Shown: positions 38,473-48,481 of the stretch, in pieces
Numbering within the stretch: the first letter of the stretch is position 1
Layout: every line of letters begins with the position of its first letter
NCBI GenBank assembly: GCA_046153685.1
Contig: JBJXGH010000037.1
Span: 38,323 to 102,322, forward strand
Length of the DNA stretch: 64,000 nt
Direction: 5' to 3'
From: Alphaproteobacteria bacterium
GTDB lineage: Bacteria > Pseudomonadota > Alphaproteobacteria > CADEGL01
The notes under the pieces: model-generated
The model's input: the letters and a program-made list of their open reading frames with translations, nothing else
Told to the model about the DNA's origin: nothing
Databases searched by the model: none
Translations under genes and position numbers: made by a program

Positions 38473-39273
38473 TCAGGCGTTGCCTGCGGGCTTTTCCGTG
38501 CGCACGCGCCTTCCCATTCGCTGGGCGAGCGGCTGCCAATTGCCCTGCGAGATGAAATGGGCGTGGATGGCGAACAGATAGCCGTTCTTGTGCCAAGCGG
38601 CGACGGTGGCGTCGTCGATCGCGCGGAACTTTTCCTCGTCGATTTGGCGGATGCCTTGAAGCGCCATCTGACGCTGGCCGGGCAGAGTGACGTTCGCGGT
38701 CTTGGCCGAGAGCAGGCCCTTGGCCTCTAGCTCCTCGGTGAAGGCGCGCGTCATCATGTACTGGCGGTGATAGGCGGCGCAGAACTCAAGCGCCTTCTTG
38801 GTCAACTCGGATGGTTCATCGCCCTCGAACATCGGTCGGTCGCCGCCTTCCGTGATCAAGCCCGAGGCCTCGTCGATGCACAGGGTGAATTTGTTCTGCT
38901 CCTTCATCTCCATGAAGATGAACGGGTAGCGGCGCACATATCCGGGGATGTAGTGATGTTCGGCCCAGCCGCCTTGGCCATCGACATAAATGTTTTCGCC
39001 GCGCCGGAAGCCGAGCACGGCGACTGGCACGGCCGGGCGCTCCATGCTGAAGACGATCGGATAATCGCGCGCGATGGCGGGAAACTCCTCCATCGTGACG
39101 GGCACGGAATTGGAACCCGCCGCGAAGGCGAGATTGACCGTGGACTTGATTCCCTTGCCCTTGTGGCGATCGCGCGCCACCGGCTGCGGGTCGCGATAGA
39201 ACAGCGGCAGGCCGGGCTGGCGTTCCTGCGGTCCATCGACGGCGGGCGTCGGCGTCTTTGTGTCTTCGGCCAT
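38473..39273 (-). CDS. SapC family protein
   Basis: LPLFY, VP---EF-----YPIVF, YIP-YVRRYPF, IDEEK, AH--S. Confidence 0.88.
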   Translation of the reverse strand: MAEDTKTPTPAVDGPQERQPGLPLFYRDPQPVARDRHKGKGIKSTVNLAFAAGSNSVPVTMEEFPAIARDYPIVFSMERPAVPVAVLGFRRGENIYVDGQGGWAEHHYIPGYVRRYPFIFMEMKEQNKFTLCIDEASGLITEGGDRPMFEGDEPSELTKKALEFCAAYHRQYMMTRAFTEELEAKGLLSAKTANVTLPGQRQMALQGIRQIDEEKFRAIDDATVAAWHKNGYLFAIHAHFISQGNWQPLAQRMGRRVRTEKPAGNA

Positions 39274-39295
39274 GGTGATCTCCTCGGGCAATGCC

Positions 39296-40054
39296 CTAAA
39301 TGCAGCGGCCGCCGTCCACTTCGAGCGCGACGCCAGTAATGAACTCGGCTTCGTCGGATGCGAGATAAAGCGCGGCGTTGGCGATGTCGATAGGCTTGGA
39401 CAACCGTCCCATGGGCACGGTGGCGATGAAGCGTGCCCGGTGTTCGGGCGTATCGCCGCCAAGAAATTTGTGCAGCATCGCCGTGTCGCCTGCAACCGGG
39501 CAGATGCAGTTCACGCGGATTTTTTCCGGCCCCAGTTCGGCGGCCATGGATTTGGTCAGCGTGATCGCGGCGCCCTTGCTGCCATTGTACCAGGTCAGAC
39601 CCGGGCGCGGCCGCAGGCCGGCGGTGGATGCGGTGGTGATGATGCAGCCGCCCCGGCCCTGTTTGCGGAAAACGGGCACGGCATGAACGGCGGCGAGATA
39701 GATGCCCTTTACGTTGACCGCATAGATGCGGTCGAAAGTTTCCTCGTCGACGTTCAGCATCGGCTGGTTGACGTGGGTATAGCCCGCGTTGTTCACGACG
39801 ATGTCGAGGCCGCCGAATTGGTCGAGGGCGCACTGCACCATTGCCTTGACCTGGGCGCTCTGTGTCACATCGCCCTGCTGGGCGGCGGCCTTGCCGCCCT
39901 CTTGCACGATCGAACCCGCGACACGCTTGGCGCTGGCGGGATCGACGTCGTTGACGATCACCTTGGCCCCTTCCTCGGCATAACGCCGAGCGATGGCCTC
40001 GCCGAAACCCGAACCTGCGCCGGTCACGATGGCGATTTTGTCCCGAAGACGCAT
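39296..40054 (-). CDS. Short-chain dehydrogenase/reductase
   Basis: TGAGSGFG, NNAG, RPRPGL-WYNGSKG, IRVN-ICP, VDGG. Confidence 0.93.
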   Translation of the reverse strand: MRLRDKIAIVTGAGSGFGEAIARRYAEEGAKVIVNDVDPASAKRVAGSIVQEGGKAAAQQGDVTQSAQVKAMVQCALDQFGGLDIVVNNAGYTHVNQPMLNVDEETFDRIYAVNVKGIYLAAVHAVPVFRKQGRGGCIITTASTAGLRPRPGLTWYNGSKGAAITLTKSMAAELGPEKIRVNCICPVAGDTAMLHKFLGGDTPEHRARFIATVPMGRLSKPIDIANAALYLASDEAEFITGVALEVDGGRCI

Positions 40055-40077
40055 GGTACCCTCCAAGGAGGCGAAGA

Positions 40078-41706
40078 TTAGAGCTTCGCCGCCCGTTCGC
40101 GCAGCACGAATTTCTGAATTTTGCCCGTGGACGTCTTGGGCAATGGGCCGAATATCACCGTCCTAGGTACTTTGTAATGAGCCATATGGGCGCGGCAATA
40201 GGCAATGATGCCGTCTGGGTCGGTCTTCAGGGCGCCCGGCTTGAGGGTCACGAAGGCGCAAGGCGATTCGCCCCATTTGGGGTCGGGCCGGGCGACGACC
40301 GCGGCCTCCATGATCTCGGGGTGGCGGTACAGCACCTCCTCTACCTCGAGGCTCGAGATGTTCTCGCCGCCCGAGATGATGATGTCCTTCGAGCGATCCT
40401 TGATCTCGACATAGCCGTCGGGATGGCGCACCGCGAGATCGCCGGTATGGAACCAGCCGCCCGCGAACGCCGCAGCCGTGGCCGCCGGGTTCTTGAGATA
40501 GCCCTTCATCACGGTATTGCTGCGCACCATCAACTCGCCGATCGTCGCGCCGTTCGCGGGTACGGGCGCGAGGCTGTCGGGATCGGCCACCATCAAAGCA
40601 TCGAGCGTGGGATAGGCGACCCCTTGGCGCGCGACCATGGCGGCCTGTCCGGCCTTGTCGAGCGTGTCCCACTCGTCCTGCCAGGCGCACAGCGTTGCAG
40701 GGCCGTAGGTCTCGGTGAGGCCGTAAAGGTGATGGACGCGGAAGCCCATGCGCTCCATGCCCTCGATCACGGCCGAGGGCGGAGCGGCGCCGCCGGTCGC
40801 CACTTGCACGGTTTGCGCCAGCGCTACGCGGTCGGCGTCGGGGGCGTGCACCAGCATGTTGAGAACGATGGGCGCGCCGCATAAATGGGTCACGCCATTG
40901 GCCAGGATCGAAGCGAAAATCGCCTTCGGCTCGACACGCCGCAGACAGACATGCGTTCCGCCCGCGGCCGTGACCGCCCAGGTGTAGCACCAGCCATTGC
41001 AGTGAAACATCGGCAGCGTCCACAGATAGGACGTATCGGCGCGAAGCTGAAAGGCGAGGATCTGCCCGATGGCATTCAAGGCCGCGCCCCGGTGATGGAA
41101 AACGACGCCCTTGGGATTTCCCGTGGTGCCCGAGGTGTAATTGAGCGCGATGGCGTCCCATTCGTCGTCGGGCATGCGCCAGGCGAATTCGGGATCGCCG
41201 GCAGCGATGAAGGATTCGTAATCGCACGCGCCCAGAAGTTCGCCCGAGGAATCGAGCGGGTCGTCGATATCGATGACGAGGGGGCTGGTGGCGGTTTCCG
41301 CCAGGGCCGGCTTCACGACGGCGCTGAAGCAGCGATCGGTGATCAGGATCTTGCTGCCGGCGTGGGCGAGCGTGAAGGCGATGGTGCGCGCATCAAGCCG
41401 CGTATTCATCGCGTTCAGCACGGCCCCAGTCATCGGCACGCCGAAATGCGCCTCAAGCAGCGCCGGCACGTTCGGGGCCATGACCGAAACCGTATCGCCC
41501 TTGCCGACGCCGCGCGCCGCAAGCGCGGACGCAAGCCGCCGGCAGCGCGCATAAAACTCGCCATAGCTGTAACGGCGCGCGCCGTGGACGACAGCCAGCT
41601 TGTCGGGCCAGGTGGACGCCACGCGCTGAAGCTGGGTCAGCGGCGTCAAGGGCACATGGTTCGCCGGGCCGCGCTCGAGATCGGTATCGTAGGGATCGCC
41701 GGTCAA
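40078..41706 (-). CDS. AMP-dependent acyl-CoA synthetase
   Basis: YTSGTTGNPKG, PMFHCNGW, YGLTE, WFHTGD, DRSKD-IISGGENI, PKTSTGKIQK; start re-assigned to TTG 41706, uncertain. Confidence 0.93.
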   Translation of the reverse strand: MTGDPYDTDLERGPANHVPLTPLTQLQRVASTWPDKLAVVHGARRYSYGEFYARCRRLASALAARGVGKGDTVSVMAPNVPALLEAHFGVPMTGAVLNAMNTRLDARTIAFTLAHAGSKILITDRCFSAVVKPALAETATSPLVIDIDDPLDSSGELLGACDYESFIAAGDPEFAWRMPDDEWDAIALNYTSGTTGNPKGVVFHHRGAALNAIGQILAFQLRADTSYLWTLPMFHCNGWCYTWAVTAAGGTHVCLRRVEPKAIFASILANGVTHLCGAPIVLNMLVHAPDADRVALAQTVQVATGGAAPPSAVIEGMERMGFRVHHLYGLTETYGPATLCAWQDEWDTLDKAGQAAMVARQGVAYPTLDALMVADPDSLAPVPANGATIGELMVRSNTVMKGYLKNPAATAAAFAGGWFHTGDLAVRHPDGYVEIKDRSKDIIISGGENISSLEVEEVLYRHPEIMEAAVVARPDPKWGESPCAFVTLKPGALKTDPDGIIAYCRAHMAHYKVPRTVIFGPLPKTSTGKIQKFVLRERAAKL

Positions 41707-41812
41707 TTCTCGCCTCGTTTTGCCCGAGCTTAGACCATGACCGGGGTGGGCGGGAACGCGCCAATAGGCCAGCGGCGCTCGGGGGTGAAAGCCGTGGTCA
41801 GCCGGTTGGGCG

Positions 41813-43795
41813 CTAGGTTTTCGGCTTCCAGGCGTTGACGCGGGATTCGATTTCGGGGCGCTTGGATTCGTCAACCGCCCGCATCGCGCGGCGCAAGAGC
41901 GCCTCGGCGCCGGGATATTTGGCGCGCGCGGCGAGCGTCAGCCACATCGCGGATTCCAAAGTGTCGCGCGTCACGCCGTCGCCATCGAAATACAGATTCC
42001 CAAGGTGAAACTGCGCTTCCGCATGGCCCCGTTCGGCGGCGCGGCGATACCAATCCGCGGCCAAGGAAAGGTTTTTCTCGTAGGGATCGCCCATCTCGTA
42101 GGCGCGGGCGAGCGCGGTCTGAGCCGCCATGTCGCCGGCGGCGGCCTTTTCGTATTGCTCGGCGATTTCGACGAACACGCCGCGTTCGTCTTCCTTGAAG
42201 CGCTGCACGATGGCCTCGCGCGCGGCCACCGCCGGCTCGAAGCCGCGCCGTGCCGCGCGGTCCGCCAGGACATAGGCCTCGGCCTGGTTGGTTCTTCCGC
42301 CATCGCCGCGCGAGAGCATGACCGCGAGATTGTATTGAGCCTGCGCGTCACCCTGCTCGGCCGCGCGGCGGAACCAGTACGCGGCGAGGGCAAAATCCTT
42401 GTCGATGCCGCGGCCGCGATAGCGCATGAGGCCGAGCGCGTATTGGGCGGGGGCATTGCCCTTTTCGGCGGCGCGTTCGTACCAGCGCGCGGCCTCCAGG
42501 CCGTTCGCGGTCACGCCGTCGCCGCGCCGGTATTGCTGGGCGAGATTGAACATGGCTGCTACATGCCCCGCTTCGCCGGCCTTGCCAAAAAGCTCGGCCG
42601 CGCGCGCGGGATCCCGCGCGACGCCCCGGCCCTCGAGATAAAGCGTCGCGAGACCGAATTGCGCCGATGGCAGGCCTTGTGCCGCCGCGCGTTCGAACCA
42701 TTGGCGCGCAACCGCGGGATCGGGAGCGACGCCGCGCCCTTCGGAAAAAAGAATTCCGAGCTGGAGCTGGGCATCGGCATCGCCGCGTTCGGCGGCGGGG
42801 ATTAGGGCCTCGAGCGCGCGGGAATAATCGCGCGCGGCCGCCGTGCCCTGGCCGCCTCTTCGCGCATCGATGCGCGCTTGTGCCTCGGGCAGGCCCAGGG
42901 CGGCCGCCTTGGTCAGAAATTTTGCCGCCGCGTCCTCGTCGCGCGGCACGATCTCGCCCTTGGACAGGATGTCCGAGAGGCGCATCGCCGCTATGGCCCG
43001 CCCGCTATCGGCTGCCGCCTTTAGCAATGCGACAGCTTTCGCGTTGTTGCGCTCAACGCCCTGGCCCGACAGCAAAAGCCCCGCCAAATCCTCGGCCGCT
43101 TCGGCATCGCCGCGCGCTGCCGCCTCGCCCAGAAGCGCCGCGGCGCGCGCGGGATCCGCCGCGACACCCCGCCCGGCGAGATAGAACCGCGCCAGGACGA
43201 TCTGCGCCTCGACCACGCCAGCGGCCGCCGCACGGGTAAAGAACGTGGCCGCTTGCGCGTCGTCGCGCGCGACGCCCCGGCCTTGGGCTAGAAGCGTGCC
43301 GAGCGCGTATTGCGCCGAGGCGTGGCCTTGATCGGCGGCCGCCCGGTACAGCCGCGCCGCGCGCGCGGGATCGGCGGCGACGCCGCGTCCATCGTCATAA
43401 AGCGCGCCCAAGCCGTATTGCGCGTCGGCATCGCCCTGCGTCGCCGGACGCTCCAGGAGGCGCAGGGCCGCAGCCTCGTCGCGCGCGACGCCTTGGCCCT
43501 CGGCGAACATGAGGCCAAGCATGGTGGCGGCCTTGGCATGGCCGCGATCGGCGGCGGCGCGAAACAACTCGGCGGCGCGCCCGGGGTCGCGCACGACGCC
43601 GAGGCCGCGCAAATATAACAGTCCCATGCCGAATTTGGCGCGTATGTCGCCGCCATTGGCCGCCGCTTCCCACAATCGGCGCGCTTGCCCGAAATCGCCG
43701 GTTTCGTACGATTTTTGACCCAATTCGAAATTCGCCGCCGCCGGGCTTGCGGCGAGCAATACGAGGATCGCGAGAGCGGCCGCGCAACGCCTCAT
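41813..43795 (-). CDS. Exported Sel1-like repeat protein
   Basis: Signal peptide (ASPAAA); many A(Q/M)--LG--Y--G-GV--D---A---F--AA--G units. Confidence 0.92.
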   Translation of the reverse strand: MRRCAAALAILVLLAASPAAANFELGQKSYETGDFGQARRLWEAAANGGDIRAKFGMGLLYLRGLGVVRDPGRAAELFRAAADRGHAKAATMLGLMFAEGQGVARDEAAALRLLERPATQGDADAQYGLGALYDDGRGVAADPARAARLYRAAADQGHASAQYALGTLLAQGRGVARDDAQAATFFTRAAAAGVVEAQIVLARFYLAGRGVAADPARAAALLGEAAARGDAEAAEDLAGLLLSGQGVERNNAKAVALLKAAADSGRAIAAMRLSDILSKGEIVPRDEDAAAKFLTKAAALGLPEAQARIDARRGGQGTAAARDYSRALEALIPAAERGDADAQLQLGILFSEGRGVAPDPAVARQWFERAAAQGLPSAQFGLATLYLEGRGVARDPARAAELFGKAGEAGHVAAMFNLAQQYRRGDGVTANGLEAARWYERAAEKGNAPAQYALGLMRYRGRGIDKDFALAAYWFRRAAEQGDAQAQYNLAVMLSRGDGGRTNQAEAYVLADRAARRGFEPAVAAREAIVQRFKEDERGVFVEIAEQYEKAAAGDMAAQTALARAYEMGDPYEKNLSLAADWYRRAAERGHAEAQFHLGNLYFDGDGVTRDTLESAMWLTLAARAKYPGAEALLRRAMRAVDESKRPEIESRVNAWKPKT

Positions 43796-44844
43796 CGCTG
43801 GAGCTTCCGCATCATGCGATAGACAAACGGCGCAATGACCACGACATAGGCGATGCGCACGACATGGTGGGTGGACACGAAGGCGGCATCGGTCGCAAGC
43901 GCGAGCGCGACCAGGCTCATTTCCGCAAGCCCTCCCGGCGCGAAGGCCAGCACGAGCGCGGGCACCGGCGCGTCCACCGCTTGGTGCAGCAATGCGCTTG
44001 CCACGATCGTGCCCGCGAGCATGATCGCGGTCGCGCCGGCCGCATGACCGAGCGTGCGTAACACTTGAGCGACGGCAAGCCCCGCGAAGCGGCAGCCGAT
44101 CGCGGCGCCGACCACGACCTGCGCCAGGGTCACGAATTCGGCGGGCGGACGGAAGGTCGTCCAACCCAATAGATGCGCGATCGCGCTCGCGACCATGGGC
44201 CCGATCAGATAGGTCGCGGGCAGGCGCACGATGCGCGCGCCGAGGGCGCCGGCATAGCCGATCAGGGCGAGGATCGCCATTTCGGCCAGTGGGGCATCGA
44301 CGAGCGAGAGGTCTTCCGCCGTGCGTCGCGCGGCGTCGTAACTTTCGACCATGCGGAACCAGAACGGAATCGTCAGCACGATCAACATGACGCGCGCGGT
44401 GTGAACGAGCGCGACCACCCGGTCGTCGCCGCCGTTCTCCTGGGCAAGCAGGGTCATCTCAAGCAGGCCGCCCGGCATGGCCGCGAAATAGGCCGTCGGC
44501 CGGTCGTACCCCGCCCAATGTCGGAACAGCACGAAACTCGCGCCGCCGACCACGGCCGAATAGATCAACAGCGCCGACAAGGTGATCCACCAATCGCCCG
44601 CACGCTCGAGCAGATCGGGGGTAAAGGCGCTGCCCAGCATCACGCCGAGCAAGGCGATCATCACGGCGCGCAGGCGCGGCGGCAAGGCCACGGGCAAGCG
44701 CGCGAGCGCCGCCACCGTGACAAACAACATGGCGCCGATCATCCAGGCAAGGGGCAGGTCGATCAGGTTCGCTACGTATCCGCCCGCAGCGCCGATCGCG
44801 AGCGCGAGCGCGATCGGACCCAGGCCGCGCCGTCCGTCCGACAC
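43792..44844 (-). CDS. AbrB family membrane protein (putative ammonia monooxygenase family)
   Basis: PLAWMIG-M, AMPGGL-EM, P--YLIGPM, APGGLAEM; duplicated multi-TM unit; start uncertain. Confidence 0.88.
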   Translation of the reverse strand: MSDGRRGLGPIALALAIGAAGGYVANLIDLPLAWMIGAMLFVTVAALARLPVALPPRLRAVMIALLGVMLGSAFTPDLLERAGDWWITLSALLIYSAVVGGASFVLFRHWAGYDRPTAYFAAMPGGLLEMTLLAQENGGDDRVVALVHTARVMLIVLTIPFWFRMVESYDAARRTAEDLSLVDAPLAEMAILALIGYAGALGARIVRLPATYLIGPMVASAIAHLLGWTTFRPPAEFVTLAQVVVGAAIGCRFAGLAVAQVLRTLGHAAGATAIMLAGTIVASALLHQAVDAPVPALVLAFAPGGLAEMSLVALALATDAAFVSTHHVVRIAYVVVIAPFVYRMMRKLQR

Positions 44845-44849
44845 GATGC

Positions 44850-45791
44850 CTAACCGATGATGCGGCCGAGCCGGACCGCGGTCAGACCCTTGGACAAGCG
44901 CATCGACGGCATGATCAGAATGCAATTGTCGTAGGGCGTGCGGATCTCAGCCGGGCCGTCATGGGCGATGAGCGTGCCGGCCTTGGGGATGATTTCGAGG
45001 CCTTGGTAGGGTGCCATGAAGACGAAGGGTTCATTGGCGATGGTCACCGCGTGCGTGACCTCGATGACGCGCTGGGGCGGGGTCGCGGCCTCGAGATGCG
45101 GGGCGGCGATCGCGGCGTCGATGGCGCCGGTCGCCAGGAGGAAGCGCAGCGCCGATTGGATGGCCATGTCGGCGGTTGGCGCCGTCCAATGTTGACCGCA
45201 TTCGACCAGCGCGGCGCATTTCGGACTCGCGGGATCGCCGAAGCCGGCGTAATCGCGCAAGCGCACGCCCGCTTTGTGGCCCCGGTCGGACACGACATTC
45301 GCCGGGACCTTCATCGCCAAGCCGAGCGCGCGACCTTTCTCGGTCGGCCCGCACAAGGCAATGGGCGCCGAAAGGCGCTGCATGGAATGGATATCGAGCA
45401 TGAGATCGATGCCGTCGAACAGCGGGCGCATTTCGCGCGCACGGCGGAGCTCGACCGAATTGCGCGGACCTTCAAGAACGTCGGGCGACCACACGCGGTT
45501 GAAATCCTCGTCCACGAAGCGCGAAGCGGTCGGATTCTCCGGATCAAATCGCTCATAGGCCGCGATATTGGCGAACGACAATGTGAGGGCGCCGCGCTTG
45601 GGTCGGACGCCCAGCTTGAACAAGAAATCGAGCGCGATGGCGCCGCACAATTCATTTCCGTGAACCAGGGCGTTGACCGCGACGTGCGGCCCGGCCTCGC
45701 GGGCGCGGAACGTGGTGGCGTAGGGAATGCCGGTATTGCCCTTTCGGTAGGGCGCGATGTCGGGGGCCTTCAGCTCGACGATCTCAGCCAT
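44850..45791 (-). CDS. Succinylglutamate desuccinylase/aspartoacylase (M14-like) family protein
   Basis: HGNE, D-NR, LDIHS, ECGQH. Confidence 0.88.
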   Translation of the reverse strand: MAEIVELKAPDIAPYRKGNTGIPYATTFRAREAGPHVAVNALVHGNELCGAIALDFLFKLGVRPKRGALTLSFANIAAYERFDPENPTASRFVDEDFNRVWSPDVLEGPRNSVELRRAREMRPLFDGIDLMLDIHSMQRLSAPIALCGPTEKGRALGLAMKVPANVVSDRGHKAGVRLRDYAGFGDPASPKCAALVECGQHWTAPTADMAIQSALRFLLATGAIDAAIAAPHLEAATPPQRVIEVTHAVTIANEPFVFMAPYQGLEIIPKAGTLIAHDGPAEIRTPYDNCILIMPSMRLSKGLTAVRLGRIIG

Positions 45792-45793
45792 GG

Positions 45794-46966
45794 TCAGTGC
45801 TGAGGCCGGCAGGCGCGATCGGCCAGGCGGCGCATCATCGCTTCGCATAGCGCGATCTGGTCGAGGCTCACGAATTCGTTCGGTTTGTGCGCCTGATCGA
45901 TGCTGCCCGGTCCGCAGATGACGGTTGGAATCCCGGCCTTCTGGAACAATCCCGCCTCTGTGCCGAAGGCGACCTTGCTGGTGGCGTTTGCCCCGGTCAG
46001 GTTTTTGGCGAGCTCCACGGCCGCGTCATCCTCGGCCGAATCGAGACCCGGTGTCATGCTGAGCTGGCTCCAGGTGAAGCCCGCATCCTGTGCGATCGCG
46101 CGCATTGCGGGCTGCAACTCGTCCTCGGCGTAGTGTTTGACGGCGGCGAACATTTCGTTCGGGTCGTCCGCCGGCAGGTGGCGAAACTCGAAATCGAATT
46201 GGCAATCCTTGGGCACGATGTTCAGCTGCGTGCCGCCGCGCACCACCCCGGTGTGGACGGTTGTGTAGGGCACGTCGAATTCGCGGTCATAGGGTCCGTT
46301 TACGCGCTTCTCCTCGGCCATCGCGCGCAAACGTACGATGACGAGGGCGGCCATCTCCACCGCGTTCACGCCGTGCGGGGCGAGGGAGGAATGGGCCTCG
46401 AAGCCGCGAACATGGCAGCGGAAGCTCAGTTTGCCCTTGTGGGCGCGCACGACTTTCATACCTGTCGGCTCGCCGACAATGCACAGGGCCGGACGGCTGG
46501 AATGGGTGCCCAGCTTGTCGATGAGGCGGCGCACGCCGAGGCAGCCCACCTCCTCGTCGTAGGAAAAGGCCAGATGGATGGGCGTCTCGATGCCGCGCTT
46601 CAGAAACTCCGGCACATAGGCCAGCGACACGGCGACGAAGCTTTTCATGTCGCAGGCGCCGCGGCCGTATAGCTTGCCGTCCTTCTCGATCACCTCGAAG
46701 GGGTTGGAGTGCCATTCCTGCCCGTCGATGGGCACGACATCGGTGTGCCCCGACAGGCAGATGCCGGGCTTTCCCGCAGGTCCGAGCGTGGCGTAGAGAT
46801 TGGCCTTCTTACCGGTTTCGTCGTGGACGAGCTCGCTTTCGACGCCGTGGCCCTTGAGATAGCCTTGCACCCACGCGATGAGGGCGAGATTGGAATCGCG
46901 GCTGGTGGTGTCGAACGAGATGAGCTTCTTGATCATCTCGATGCAGGCGGGCGATGGTCGGACCAT
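45794..46966 (-). CDS. argE: Acetylornithine deacetylase (M20)
   Basis: SGHTDVVP, GRGACDMK, YDEEVGC, GEPT, FGTEAG, QAHKPNE. Confidence 0.93.
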   Translation of the reverse strand: MVRPSPACIEMIKKLISFDTTSRDSNLALIAWVQGYLKGHGVESELVHDETGKKANLYATLGPAGKPGICLSGHTDVVPIDGQEWHSNPFEVIEKDGKLYGRGACDMKSFVAVSLAYVPEFLKRGIETPIHLAFSYDEEVGCLGVRRLIDKLGTHSSRPALCIVGEPTGMKVVRAHKGKLSFRCHVRGFEAHSSLAPHGVNAVEMAALVIVRLRAMAEEKRVNGPYDREFDVPYTTVHTGVVRGGTQLNIVPKDCQFDFEFRHLPADDPNEMFAAVKHYAEDELQPAMRAIAQDAGFTWSQLSMTPGLDSAEDDAAVELAKNLTGANATSKVAFGTEAGLFQKAGIPTVICGPGSIDQAHKPNEFVSLDQIALCEAMMRRLADRACRPQH

Positions 46967-46977
46967 GGTTCGATGTC

Positions 46978-47745
46978 CTAGGCTTGAAATTGTTCCTTGA
47001 GGATGCGTTCCTCGTAGCTGTGCTCGGCATCGAATAGAATCGTCAGCGTGATCGCTGGGTCCTCGCACACCGTCACCTCGGTCACGTCGCGAATCTCGGT
47101 GTTATCGGCGACGGCGCTGACCGGCCTGAGCCTCGGTTCGTTGACTTCGAAGGCGACGGTTGCGGCGTGCGGCACGATGGCGCCGCGCCAGCGGCGAGGC
47201 CGGAACGCGCTGATGGGCGTGAGCGCCAAGACGCCCGAACCCATCGGCAGGATAGGGCCGTGGGCGGACAGATTATAGGCGGTGCTGCCCACGGGCGTCG
47301 CCACGAGCACGCCGTCGCAAATGAGTTCGTCGAGGCGCACGATGCCGTCGACCTTGATGCGAATCTTGGCCGCCAGGCGCGTCTCGCGCAGCAGCGATAC
47401 CTCGTTGATCGCGATGGCTTCGCCGGCGCTGCCGTCGAGGCTGCGCGTGCGCATGCGCAAGGGATGAAAGCGCGTGGGTACCGCGCGCGCCATACGCTCG
47501 AGCAGGCCGTCCTCGCGGTATTCGTTCATCAGGAATCCGACCGTACCGCGGTGCATGCCGTAAATCGGCAACCCCCGCTCGCGGAAGCGGTGCAGCATTT
47601 CGAGCATGAATCCGTCACCGCCAAGCGCCACCACCGCCTCGGCGTCCTCGCTTGGGACATGCGGATAGCGCGCCGACAGCCGGGCCAAGGCTTCCTGGGC
47701 CGGCGGCGCTTGGGCTGCGGCGAATGCGATCTTCGGACCCGGCAT
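46978..47745 (-). CDS. nadK: NAD kinase
   Basis: [34 protein letters not shown]. Confidence 0.95.
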   Translation of the reverse strand: MPGPKIAFAAAQAPPAQEALARLSARYPHVPSEDAEAVVALGGDGFMLEMLHRFRERGLPIYGMHRGTVGFLMNEYREDGLLERMARAVPTRFHPLRMRTRSLDGSAGEAIAINEVSLLRETRLAAKIRIKVDGIVRLDELICDGVLVATPVGSTAYNLSAHGPILPMGSGVLALTPISAFRPRRWRGAIVPHAATVAFEVNEPRLRPVSAVADNTEIRDVTEVTVCEDPAITLTILFDAEHSYEERILKEQFQA

Positions 47746-47985
47746 GGTTGGGCGGTCTCTCCCGTGGGACGGCCGCGTGGGGCGCGCGGGCGGGGGAGTA
47801 TAGCGCCCATAGCCGGCTAGAGAAGCCAGGCGAAAGAATCGGGCACGGCGGGAGCAGCCGGCCCCGGCGCGGGCTTGGATCGCGGTGAAGGAGCGCGGCA
47901 CCCGAGTCGGGGCGGCGGCGACATTGCCAATTCGGTGTGTCCCGGCCATCGTGGAGCGCTCGTGGACGGGATGGTCGCTGAGGGG

Positions 47986-48474
47986 ATGGGGATGGCGAGG
48001 GCATTGGGATTGTTGGCCGCTTTGGCGGTCTTGGCGCTGGTCGCGCCGGTGGAAGGCGGCAAGGTGGACCGCCATGCCGGCTATTACTACCCCGCGCCGC
48101 GCACCGAAGAGGTCTATACCGCGCGCGCCCAGACCCTGCCTGATAGCGATCGCGCGCGGCGCATCGGCTTTGTCACCAGCCTATCGCTGCAATTGCAGTC
48201 GAATGCCTATTCGCCGCCCTTTGCCGTTTTCGCCAAGGGCGAGGACGGCGAGAAAATGATCATCATCGGCCTGCGCGACGGCGAGCTCAACACGATCTAC
48301 CGGGCGCGCGCGCTGTTCGCCATGCTGACGTCGTCGGCGCGCGGCTCGCAATTTTTCGTCGATCACCATGTCGAGGATTACTTCACGTTCTTCGATTTGG
48401 CGAAGCTCTTGGGCTTTTCCCAGATCACGATTAGCGACGGCCAGCGATTCTCGCACCGGGTCACGATAAAATAG
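47986..48474 (+). CDS. Exported conserved hypothetical protein
   Basis: Signal peptide; [28 protein letters not shown] motifs of an alphaproteobacterial family. Confidence 0.8.
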   Translation: MGMARALGLLAALAVLALVAPVEGGKVDRHAGYYYPAPRTEEVYTARAQTLPDSDRARRIGFVTSLSLQLQSNAYSPPFAVFAKGEDGEKMIIIGLRDGELNTIYRARALFAMLTSSARGSQFFVDHHVEDYFTFFDLAKLLGFSQITISDGQRFSHRVTIK

Positions 48475-48481
48475 GTCGCTC

